This document shows positions 31,117-40,046 of a DNA stretch of 64,000 nt, piece by piece. Below the pieces are notes generated by a model. It did not search any database. It was not told where the DNA came from and saw only the letters and a list, made by a program, of their open reading frames with translations. The position numbers and the translations under genes are program-made. Origin of the DNA: an uncultured Aliarcobacter sp. Lineage in GTDB: Bacteria > Campylobacterota > Campylobacteria > Campylobacterales > Arcobacteraceae. Positions within the stretch are counted from its first letter, which is position 1, and every line of letters starts with the position of its first letter. Location of the stretch: NCBI GenBank assembly GCA_963664305.2, contig CAXXLV010000002.1, forward strand, positions 1,472,001 to 1,536,000, read 5' to 3'.

Positions 31117-31353
31117 ATGAACTATGAATTACTTAGCAATCTTTATAAAGAAGAAGCAGAAAAAAATAAAAATGATGCCTTAATTCTAAAAACAAGAAAT
31201 GAAATATTACGTCATGAAGTAGAAAACTTAAAACTAAAAATCAAAAAACTTGAAGATGAAAAAACTTCTTTAGAAAAAGAGTTAGAATCTTTAAAAAGTG
31301 CATTGGAATTTAAAGAAGAAAAACAAAAAGAATCTTTTACTTATTATTCGTGA
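31117..31353 (+). CDS. Small coiled-coil protein, unknown function
   Basis: AAGGA SD before ATG 31117; continuous heptads (LRHEVENLKLKIKKLEDEK). Confidence 0.7.
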   Translation: MNYELLSNLYKEEAEKNKNDALILKTRNEILRHEVENLKLKIKKLEDEKTSLEKELESLKSALEFKEEKQKESFTYYS

Positions 31354-31374
31354 GGATTTATTTTAAATCCTCAC
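31350..31374. terminator. Hairpin between convergent genes
   Basis: GTGAGGATTTA-TTT-TAAATCCTCAC; weak U-tracts. Confidence 0.6.
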
Positions 31375-31377
31375 CTC

Positions 31378-32085
31378 TTAAGCAACTAATGCACTAATCA
31401 AACCAATTAGTCCACCAAAAACAGCTCCCCAAATAACTAACCACCCTAAATGTTCTTTGATTAGATTTTGAACTAATTCTTTTACCATTTTTGGAGTTAA
31501 TTCTTCAAGTCTTGCATTAACTATTGAACTTAATTTATCATAAATGTCTGCGCTTAAATCTTCTGATTTTAAAGCTTCATTTACTACTTCTTGAAAAGCA
31601 TCTGAACTAGAAATTGAAATAATTGATGCTTGTAATTTTTTTGTAAATGGTTCTCGTAAAGGTTCAAGAGCTGCTTCTCCTCCAAACATTCCTAACATTC
31701 CACCAAAAGAAGATTGCATCACTGATTCTTTCAAAGAATCATAAGCAGGTGCAAAATCAGTTTTATTTAATATTTTTTCAAAATCTATTGTTTTTTTAGC
31801 ACTAGAAACTTCTTCTTGAAAAAATTTTGTTAAATTTTCACGTGTAAAAAACTGATTCATTAAAAGGTTATGAATTGAAATTTTAAAAGCTGAGAATTTA
31901 CTCTCAATTACCCCACTTCCATATAAAAAAGGAACTTTTTCAAACAACATATGAATTGCAAGTGTATTTGTAACTGCTCCACTTAAAGCAAAAATTCCTA
32001 TCATATAAATCACATTATTATCATTTGAATAACCATATGCCATGATTAAAACAGTGATTATATTTGTTATGTCCGTTCTATTCAT
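31378..32085 (-). CDS. DUF445 family membrane protein
   Basis: ALSGAVTNTLAIHMLFEKVPFLYGSGVI; EHLGWLVIWGAVFGGLIG. Confidence 0.85.
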   Translation of the reverse strand: MNRTDITNIITVLIMAYGYSNDNNVIYMIGIFALSGAVTNTLAIHMLFEKVPFLYGSGVIESKFSAFKISIHNLLMNQFFTRENLTKFFQEEVSSAKKTIDFEKILNKTDFAPAYDSLKESVMQSSFGGMLGMFGGEAALEPLREPFTKKLQASIISISSSDAFQEVVNEALKSEDLSADIYDKLSSIVNARLEELTPKMVKELVQNLIKEHLGWLVIWGAVFGGLIGLISALVA

Positions 32086-32152
32086 ACTAAATCTCCCTCT
32101 ATAAGTAAGAAAAATTTTATCATAAGTTTTTAAAACAATTTATAAATCACAT

Positions 32153-32186
32153 TTGTCACCTTTTTGTAATCAAAGCTTTTTATAAT
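32153..32186 (+). promoter_or_regulatory. pho-box-like direct repeat plus -10
   Basis: TTGTCAC-CTTT-TTGTAAT, then exactly 10 nt, then TATAAT (32181-32186). Confidence 0.55.
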
Positions 32187-32211
32187 TTTATAAAAAGCTT
32201 GCGGAGTATAA

Positions 32212-33924
32212 ATGATAGATATCCAAAAAGAGATAGAAAAGAAGTTCCCAAAAATAAAAGAAAAAGAGAGTTTTTTAAAAAAATCACTTTTTAAAATTGC
32301 TAAAAAAATAGTTCATGAAGATTCAATAAATCAGTTTTTATCACAAAATTCTCACTTAAAAGGGTTTGAGTTTGTAGATGCTGTTTTAGATTATTTTGAT
32401 TTTGATTATACTGCTTCAAGTAATGATTTACAAAATATTCCAACAAGTGGTAAAGTAGTAATAATTGCCAATCATCCATTGGGAGGATTAGATGCACTTT
32501 GTTTATTAAGACTTATTTCAACTGTTAGAAAAGATGTTAAAATAGTTGCAAATGACTTTTTAGCTGGTTTTGAAGCACTAAATTCACTTTTAATTCCAAT
32601 AGATAACTATAAACTTAGACAATCAAAAAATGATATCAAAAAGATTTATGAAGCGTTAAATAATGAAGAAGCTGTAATCATTTTTCCAGCAGGTGAAGTA
32701 AGTCGTGCTACAACAAAAGGAATAAAAGACCCAAGTTGGAATAAAGGTTTTTTAAACTTTGCACAAAATTCAAACTCACCAATTTTACCTATATTTTTAG
32801 ATGCAAAAAATTCTAAAACTTTTTATACAATCTCTGTTATTAATAAAACTTTTTCAACACTTTTACTATCACATGAAATGTTTAAAAAGAAATCGAAAAG
32901 AATAAATATAAAAATTGGACAAATTATCCCAAATGAAAATATAACTCCAAAAGGAATTGATAAAAAGTTTTTATTAAATCTTTATAGAAAACATTTATAC
33001 TCTTTAAAAAAAGGAAAAAAATCTTTTTTTGAAACTCAAAGTGCTATTGCTCATCCTGTTAGTAGAATTGATTTACTAAATGAATTAAAAAAATCAAAAC
33101 TAATTGGGCAAACAAATGATGGAAAAAAAATCTATCTTTATGACTATACAGAAGACTCTATCGTTTTAAAAGAATTAGGAAGATTAAGAGAAATCTCTTT
33201 TAGAAAAGTTGGTGAAGGTGTAAATAAAAAAAGAGATACTGATAAATATGATATTTATTACCAACATATTATTTTATGGGATGAAAATGAACTTGAAATT
33301 GTAGGTTCTTATAGAGTTGGAAATTCTGATTTTATATTTAAAAATATTGGAATAAAAGGTTTTTATTCTAATAATTTATTTAAATATAATGAAGAGTTTG
33401 TACCATATTTACAAAATTCAATAGAACTAGGTCGTAGTTTTGTTCAACCAAAATATTGGGGAACAAGAGCTTTAGATTATCTTTGGTATGGAATTGGTGC
33501 TTATTTAAAAAATAATCCAAATATAAAATATATGTTTGGTCCTGTTTCAATTAGTGCAAATTTTCCACCTGTTGCAAAAGATATGATGATTTTTTATTAT
33601 TCACATTATTATGGTTCTAGTGAGAAATTTATTGAAGCAAAAACACCTTACCAATACTCAAATAAATTGAGTGAAATAAAAGAGTTATTCGATTTAGAAG
33701 ACAAAAAGAAAGATTTTAAATTTTTAAAATCTGCCTTATCAAATATTGGAGTTAGTGTTCCAACTTTATATAAACAATATAGTGAAATAGCAGAAGATGG
33801 TGGGGTTAAATTTTTAGATTTTAACATTGACAAAGATTTTGGTGACTGTATTGATGGATTTATTTTAGTTGAAGTAAATAAAATAAAAGATAGTGCAAGA
33901 CAAAGATATATAGAAAAAGAGTAA
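32212..33924 (+). CDS. Bifunctional PlsC-type acyltransferase / GNAT N-acyltransferase (OlsF-like amino-lipid synthase)
   Basis: NHPLGGLD and FPAGEV in N-half; ELGRLREISFR, GSYR, IELGRSFV in C-half. Confidence 0.85.
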   Translation: MIDIQKEIEKKFPKIKEKESFLKKSLFKIAKKIVHEDSINQFLSQNSHLKGFEFVDAVLDYFDFDYTASSNDLQNIPTSGKVVIIANHPLGGLDALCLLRLISTVRKDVKIVANDFLAGFEALNSLLIPIDNYKLRQSKNDIKKIYEALNNEEAVIIFPAGEVSRATTKGIKDPSWNKGFLNFAQNSNSPILPIFLDAKNSKTFYTISVINKTFSTLLLSHEMFKKKSKRINIKIGQIIPNENITPKGIDKKFLLNLYRKHLYSLKKGKKSFFETQSAIAHPVSRIDLLNELKKSKLIGQTNDGKKIYLYDYTEDSIVLKELGRLREISFRKVGEGVNKKRDTDKYDIYYQHIILWDENELEIVGSYRVGNSDFIFKNIGIKGFYSNNLFKYNEEFVPYLQNSIELGRSFVQPKYWGTRALDYLWYGIGAYLKNNPNIKYMFGPVSISANFPPVAKDMMIFYYSHYYGSSEKFIEAKTPYQYSNKLSEIKELFDLEDKKKDFKFLKSALSNIGVSVPTLYKQYSEIAEDGGVKFLDFNIDKDFGDCIDGFILVEVNKIKDSARQRYIEKE

Positions 33925-33943
33925 AATTTTCACTCTTTTTCTA
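33911..33943. terminator. Bidirectional terminator-like hairpin
   Basis: TAGAAAAAGAGT-N9-ACTCTTTTTCTA between convergent genes. Confidence 0.65.
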
Positions 33944-33952
33944 CTCTTCAAA

Positions 33953-34468
33953 CTATTTTTTACAGTGTTCAGCGTAATAATTACCAAACTTAGTTTTTGT
34001 TCCTTCTTTATCTTCACCTGATGTATATTTTGTAACTACAGGATTACACTCATCAATCCATTTATTAATTCCATAAATTTTTACAGTGTTAAATCCCATT
34101 TGTCTAAAAGCTTGAGCTTCAAGTGATGCTCTTGCAGCTGTATTACAAACAACTATTAAATTTGTTTTTACAAACTTTTCATTGTCATCTAAAACAATAT
34201 TTTCTAAAGCTTTTTCAGGTGCTTCACGCCCTACTCTTTGAGAACCTTTAATAGCAGCTGCTGACCACTCTTCCATAGTTCTTACATCAACAACAGCCCA
34301 ATCACTTTTTGTTAATGCATCTTTTACTTCTTGAGTAGTTGCATAAAGTCCATCTTTTTTTGCTTCTTCTTTTAATTTTGTTGTTAAATTATGATAATTA
34401 ACAAAATCAGCAGCAAACATAGTTGATGCTAAAAATCCAGCTGTTAATAAAACTTTTCCTAATTTCAT
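33953..34468 (-). CDS. Exported rhodanese-like protein
   Basis: Signal peptide; VVDVRTMEEW; active loop VVCNTAARA. Confidence 0.85.
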   Translation of the reverse strand: MKLGKVLLTAGFLASTMFAADFVNYHNLTTKLKEEAKKDGLYATTQEVKDALTKSDWAVVDVRTMEEWSAAAIKGSQRVGREAPEKALENIVLDDNEKFVKTNLIVVCNTAARASLEAQAFRQMGFNTVKIYGINKWIDECNPVVTKYTSGEDKEGTKTKFGNYYAEHCKK

Positions 34469-34593
34469 ATATCTCTCCTTATATAAAAACCTCTTACTAG
34501 TTTCAGTAATTAGTTAAATAGAGTCTATATGAACTTAGTTTAAATTATAATAAATACTTATATTAATTTTATTAATACAAATTATACATTTTT

Positions 34594-36228
34594 TTAATAG
34601 TACTCTTTACTATTATCTAATCTACAATATAAAACCTCGTCAACAACAGCTTTTGCAATATGATTTGTTGCAACGATAATATGTTCTAGATTTAAACTTT
34701 TTAGAGATTCTTTCTCTTCATCTGTTGTTACATTTACAATAGTTTTACTATTTTTTGTTAAATCTCCAACTGCTTCACAAATTAAATGTAAAATTTCTGG
34801 ATTATTAACAGCAACAATAACAGCAGACGATTTTGTAATATTTAAAGAATTTAAAATATGTTTTTGGGCTGCATTTCCAAAAATAATTGGTTCACCTTTA
34901 TCTTTACCTTCTTGGTAAAATTTTACATTATGTTCTAAAATTACGTAATTTTGACCAAAGTTTTTTAACTCTTCTACTATTGCTTGTCCAAATCTTCCAT
35001 ATCCTAAAACTATTACATGATTTTCTAAATCTTCAGAAACATGATGTGTATTTGTAATCATCATCACATCTTCAGGCATAAGTTTTGCTGCTGCTTTAGA
35101 TAAATTTTTTAATATGATTGGAGTTAAAATCATAGAAATTACAATTGTTACAATCAAAATTTGTGAATTTGTTGTATCAATCAAACTTTGACTTCTTGCT
35201 AATTCTAAAATTGCTAGTGAAAACTCTCCAATTTGAATCAAAGAAAGTGCAGTTTTAAATGCAACTCTTTTATTGTCTTCATATCTTACAAGTGCATAAA
35301 TTACTCCAAATTTTAATGCCATTACAAGTGGTAATAAAACTAAAATTACTAAAATATAATCTGCAATTATTTTAAAGTTTATTTGCATACCAACCGTTAT
35401 AAAGAAAACCCCAAGGAGTATATTTCTAAAGGGAATAAGGTCAGCCTCAACTTGATGTTTAAACTTCGTTTCTGCAATCATCATACCAGCTATAAAAGCT
35501 CCTAGAGAATATGAAAATCCAAAATAATATGCTAAATATGCAGACCCAACAGCAAGAAGTAAAACAGAAGCAACAAAAAGTTCATCCGATCTTGTTGCAG
35601 ATACATATCTTAAAAATGGTTCAAGTAAATATTTTCCACTAAAATACAGTAAAGCTAGTAATATAACTGCTGCAAGCACAGTTTTTCCTATTGTAAAAAT
35701 ATAAGTACTATCATCACCTTTCATAGAAAAAAATGAAATCATAAGCAAAATAGGAATTACTGCAATATCTTGCATAATTAAAATCCCTAAAACTCTTCTT
35801 CCATATGGTTTTGTAATCTCTTTTGTTTCATTAAATGTTTTTAAAACTATTGCTGTTGAAGATAAAGAAAGAGCTGTTCCCATGATTAAAGAAGCAGGAG
35901 TATCAAATCCTAAAATAAATTTTGATATTAAAAATACAAAAAATGCTGTTACAATTATTTGTAAACTACCCGTGAAAAAAACTTCTCTTCTCATCTTTTT
36001 TAGATGATTTAAAGAGAATTCTAATCCAATAGTAAACATTAAAAATACAACTCCAAACTCAGCTATTTCTTTTAATTCATGATTATTTACAGCTTCATGA
36101 AGATTAAATGCATAAGCTATTATTGTTCCAGTTAAAATATATCCTATAATTGTTGGTAAATGTACTTTTTTAAGTATTAGATTTAAAAATAGAGCAATTG
36201 AAGTTGCCGCAACAATAATTCCTAACAT
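34594..36228 (-). CDS. kefB: CPA2 cation:proton antiporter with TrkA-N domain (KefB-like)
   Basis: AEFGVVFLMFTIGLE, LSSTAIV, LIMQDIA, QIGEFS, LGYGRFG. Confidence 0.88.
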   Translation of the reverse strand: MLGIIVAATSIALFLNLILKKVHLPTIIGYILTGTIIAYAFNLHEAVNNHELKEIAEFGVVFLMFTIGLEFSLNHLKKMRREVFFTGSLQIIVTAFFVFLISKFILGFDTPASLIMGTALSLSSTAIVLKTFNETKEITKPYGRRVLGILIMQDIAVIPILLMISFFSMKGDDSTYIFTIGKTVLAAVILLALLYFSGKYLLEPFLRYVSATRSDELFVASVLLLAVGSAYLAYYFGFSYSLGAFIAGMMIAETKFKHQVEADLIPFRNILLGVFFITVGMQINFKIIADYILVILVLLPLVMALKFGVIYALVRYEDNKRVAFKTALSLIQIGEFSLAILELARSQSLIDTTNSQILIVTIVISMILTPIILKNLSKAAAKLMPEDVMMITNTHHVSEDLENHVIVLGYGRFGQAIVEELKNFGQNYVILEHNVKFYQEGKDKGEPIIFGNAAQKHILNSLNITKSSAVIVAVNNPEILHLICEAVGDLTKNSKTIVNVTTDEEKESLKSLNLEHIIVATNHIAKAVVDEVLYCRLDNSKEYY

Positions 36229-36240
36229 AAAACTCCTCTC

Positions 36241-38361
36241 TTATTTATAATGCATTTGTTTGTATCCCTCTAACCTTTTTTTATAGGCAGAGTTTAACAT
36301 CGCATTCTTTGAATCTAAAAAATCTATTGCTAAGCACTCTTGATTTCCACGTCCAATTCGACCTAAATATTGAATTAATCTTCCATAATAAGAGATTGGT
36401 GTTGCGAACATTATAGTATTTAAATGTGGGAAATCTATACCTTCACCAAAATATGAAGTAGTTGCAAGTATAAGTGATTTAGATTTTACTAAATTCATAT
36501 TTTCAACTTGCTCTTTTTTATTTTGACTTCCATGTACACTGATATAATCAATATTTTCTTTTTGCAATAAATTTTCTAAAATATTTATATGTTCTATTCT
36601 ATCAGTTAAAACTAAAATTTTTCTTTCAATATTGTTTTTTATTGCATAAATTATTAAATTATTTCTATTTTCATCAACACAAAGCTCATTTATAATAGTT
36701 GCATAGTTATCGGCTTCGCTACTAAATTCTGTTCTAATTATTTGTAGTTTATTTGTATGTGTTCTTTTCTTTTTATATTCATAAGAAATCTCACCCAATT
36801 GTTGATATAAAATAGGTTGTAATTCATCTTTTCTATTTGGTGTTGCACTTAAACCCAAAATATATCTACCCTTAAAACTTTTGATAATTTGTTCAAAAGT
36901 AAGTGCTGGAATATGATGGCATTCATCAACTATTACAAAAGAGTAATTTTCAATAATTTTTGGGTCGTTTTTTAGACTTTGCATAGTTGCAACATCAATT
37001 TGACCATTTAATTTATTGTGACCTTTTCCTAAATATCCTATATCTTTTTTAGAATATCCAAAATAATCCACAAATCGTTCAATCCATTGATTTAAAAGCA
37101 TATTTTTATTTACAACAATAAGTGTCGAACAAGCTCTTAGTTCAAATATTTTTGCTCCAAGCAGAGTTTTTCCAAATCCAGGAGGTGCAACACAAATAGA
37201 ATAATCAGATTTTTTTATCTCTTTTATTGCATCATTTTGTTCTGGTCTTAGATTAAAAGTTACTTTTTTTGTCTCTACTTTGTTAAAAACTCTTTTATCA
37301 ACAAATGAATAAGAAACTGCATTTGAATTAAAAAAATCAACAATTTTTTCTTTTAATCCTCTTGGAAGAAGTAAATATTTTTCATTTTCTTCAAAAGACC
37401 TTATATATTTTGGAGTATTAAAAAGTGGTTTTCTTAAACTTAGTAATACTTTTATTTGAGGATTTTCAAAAGTTGCAAAAGATTTTAATTTACTAATCAA
37501 TGATTTTGATAAATTATACATTGGTATATAAATATAATCTTCCAAAATTATCTCTATTTTTTCAAGTGGAAAATCTATTTTCTTTAAATCTTTTTCTACA
37601 CTTATTGCCGTTGGAATTTCTGCAAAATTACAAATTGTTTGTTTTGAAACTTTTGAAACATTGGCTAAAACACTCCATTGGTCTTCATAAATTTTATTTG
37701 TATTCATATCTATAAAAATGGTTCTATTTTTATCTCTATGTTTTAAATGAAGTGGTAATTCAATACAATTTCCTAAATTTTCTTTAGTTGCAAACTCTCT
37801 ATTTGGATAAGTTTTTGCACTGATATTTGCTTTTTTTAAAACATATAAAGTAAAATTAAAAGCTATTTTAGATGAGATTTCTTCTTCAAAAAATATCCAA
37901 ACAAAAAGTGAATTATAGGAACTCAATTCATAATATGCTTTTATATTTAAAGAATTTAGAGTTATTTGAAGTTTGAATTTATCCTCATCAGCTATTTCAA
38001 AAACTACAAACTTTGACATATTTTTTTGATTTATACAATAAGTTGCTAAAAAACTATTTCCTCTTAAATGCTCTTCAATTTCATAATTTGTTAAAGGCAA
38101 ATAATCTTCACCTTGAAAAGTTTTTGTAACTGGATAAAAGCCTTGTTTTTGTCCATCTTTACTTACCCATTTTTTTGCAAAAATATCAAAGCGCCCTATA
38201 AATAAAGATTTAAAAAGTTCTATTTTTTCATCTTTTGATAAGTTTTTTTTAATAAGTATATTTTTTTGTTTAATTTGCTCTTTTAGAAACTCTATTTCAT
38301 CATCTATTTTATTCTTTTGAATATAGAGTTCTTCTAATCTTTTTTCAAGATTTTCCATCAT
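36241..38361 (-). CDS. SF2 DEAD/DEAH-box helicase with N-terminal AEP-primase-like domain
   Basis: APPGFGKT, DECHH, GLSATP, QYLGRIGR; N-terminal LFKSLFIGRFDIFAKKW, VWIFF, GNCIELPL, EDQW. Confidence 0.85.
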   Translation of the reverse strand: MMENLEKRLEELYIQKNKIDDEIEFLKEQIKQKNILIKKNLSKDEKIELFKSLFIGRFDIFAKKWVSKDGQKQGFYPVTKTFQGEDYLPLTNYEIEEHLRGNSFLATYCINQKNMSKFVVFEIADEDKFKLQITLNSLNIKAYYELSSYNSLFVWIFFEEEISSKIAFNFTLYVLKKANISAKTYPNREFATKENLGNCIELPLHLKHRDKNRTIFIDMNTNKIYEDQWSVLANVSKVSKQTICNFAEIPTAISVEKDLKKIDFPLEKIEIILEDYIYIPMYNLSKSLISKLKSFATFENPQIKVLLSLRKPLFNTPKYIRSFEENEKYLLLPRGLKEKIVDFFNSNAVSYSFVDKRVFNKVETKKVTFNLRPEQNDAIKEIKKSDYSICVAPPGFGKTLLGAKIFELRACSTLIVVNKNMLLNQWIERFVDYFGYSKKDIGYLGKGHNKLNGQIDVATMQSLKNDPKIIENYSFVIVDECHHIPALTFEQIIKSFKGRYILGLSATPNRKDELQPILYQQLGEISYEYKKKRTHTNKLQIIRTEFSSEADNYATIINELCVDENRNNLIIYAIKNNIERKILVLTDRIEHINILENLLQKENIDYISVHGSQNKKEQVENMNLVKSKSLILATTSYFGEGIDFPHLNTIMFATPISYYGRLIQYLGRIGRGNQECLAIDFLDSKNAMLNSAYKKRLEGYKQMHYK

Positions 38362-39511
38362 AACCAATCAAAGATAAAAAATTTTCAACAACTAAAAATG
38401 AACCAAAAACTAAATATTCTTCATTTTCTTCTATTTTTATAGTTTCCTCTTTCATCAGATTTAATTGTTTTATAACTCTTTCCAATTCTTCTTTTTTTAC
38501 AATTCTTTTATCATCAAGTTCAATAATTGCTATTTTTTTAATTATAGGTTCTAAAATTTTTAAAACCGTTTCATAATCTTTATCTCCATAAGAGTTATAG
38601 ATAAGATTTATTTTTTTATCTTTAAATTCATTTACAATAACTTGAGCTGCAAGTGGATTATGTCCCACATCTATAGTCACATTTGGCAAAATTCTTTGGC
38701 ATCTTCCAAAAAGTGGCGTGTCATCAAAAAGTTTTAAATCAATAGAAATTTTTAATTCATTTAAACATGCTATTACTAAGTGTAAATTTCTTTTTAAATA
38801 TGAAGCAAATTTATCATTTAAAGAGTACTTGTCAAAGTCTTTAACTTCAATAATTTCTATATTTTTATCTCTTTCTTTTAAAATTTGTTTTTTTACTTCA
38901 TACGCTGTTTTAATAACTTCATCATAAACTTGATAACCAATAATCATTTTGTTATCGCATGAACGCATTTTTGTAGCTGCTATTTCTTCAAGTGTGTTTC
39001 CTAAAAAACTCTGATGATCAAGACCAATTGTTGTTATTAATGAAATATCATTTGGAACAACATTTGTTGCATCAAATTCCCCACCAAGACCAGCTTCTAA
39101 AACTAAATAATCAAAATCTTTTGATAAATAAAACGCTATTAGTGTTGTATATTCAAAATAAGTCAGTTTTTCAAGAAGTTCTATTTCATATAAATTTTGC
39201 AAAAATTTGTGAGCAATTTCAAGATTTTCATCACTTACATCAAATCCATTTATCCAAATTCTTTCATTGAATTTTAAAATATGTGGAGAACTATAATGTA
39301 AAACTTTATAATTTTTTTTATATAAATAATGAGATAAAAATCTTCCTGTACTTCCTTTTCCATTAGTACCAACTATATGAATTACAAAAGGAAGTTTTAT
39401 TTTTGTAGATAAGATATCCCAAGAAGATTTTACATAACTAAAATCAATTTTATCATAATAAAGAGTTTTATATTTCAAAAACTCTTCAAGATTTAGCTCT
39501 TTTAAATTCAT
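38345..39511 (-). CDS. folC: Folylpolyglutamate synthase / dihydrofolate synthase
   Basis: HIVGTNGKGST, SSPH..FNERI, LEAGLGGEFDATNV, DVGHNP. Confidence 0.96.
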   Translation of the reverse strand: MNLKELNLEEFLKYKTLYYDKIDFSYVKSSWDILSTKIKLPFVIHIVGTNGKGSTGRFLSHYLYKKNYKVLHYSSPHILKFNERIWINGFDVSDENLEIAHKFLQNLYEIELLEKLTYFEYTTLIAFYLSKDFDYLVLEAGLGGEFDATNVVPNDISLITTIGLDHQSFLGNTLEEIAATKMRSCDNKMIIGYQVYDEVIKTAYEVKKQILKERDKNIEIIEVKDFDKYSLNDKFASYLKRNLHLVIACLNELKISIDLKLFDDTPLFGRCQRILPNVTIDVGHNPLAAQVIVNEFKDKKINLIYNSYGDKDYETVLKILEPIIKKIAIIELDDKRIVKKEELERVIKQLNLMKEETIKIEENEEYLVFGSFLVVENFLSLIGYDGKS

Positions 39512-39516
39512 AATAT

Positions 39517-40041
39517 TTATCTAAATGAAGCTACTGCTATTTTTGATAAGATTTCATCTACAGCTTTATTTGATGCATTTGAAATTGCATCAAATCTATT
39601 TGAATCAGTCAATGTTGTTCCAATATCAATTGAGAAATCATATTCTCCTTCAACTGTAAATGATTTTTTTATTCCATCATCTTTTCTAAAATAATCAACT
39701 TTTATTACAACCATTGCATTATAAAGTTTATTATATCCTTCTTTATCGTATTGTAATGTTGATATTTTTACTGAACTAATTCCTAAATTCATAATTACAT
39801 CTGCTTTATTTCTATCATTTACTATTTTTGAATCAAGCTTTTGAAGTAAAATTTTATTTACAGCATCTTTCACTAAAACAGAGTTTCTTGGGTCTTCTAA
39901 ACTAACATCTAGTTTAATGAAAACATTTCCTTCCATCTCTTTTTTAGCATAATAAGTTGAAGGTTTATACCCACATGCACTAATAAAAAAAGTCAAAGTT
40001 ATTGTAAAAACAAAAAATAGTAAATTTTTAGAAATATTCAT
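39517..40041 (-). CDS. lptE: LPS-assembly lipoprotein LptE
   Basis: Lipobox ISAC-GYKP; position directly after leuS. Confidence 0.85.
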   Translation of the reverse strand: MNISKNLLFFVFTITLTFFISACGYKPSTYYAKKEMEGNVFIKLDVSLEDPRNSVLVKDAVNKILLQKLDSKIVNDRNKADVIMNLGISSVKISTLQYDKEGYNKLYNAMVVIKVDYFRKDDGIKKSFTVEGEYDFSIDIGTTLTDSNRFDAISNASNKAVDEILSKIAVASFR

Positions 40042-40046
40042 AAATT

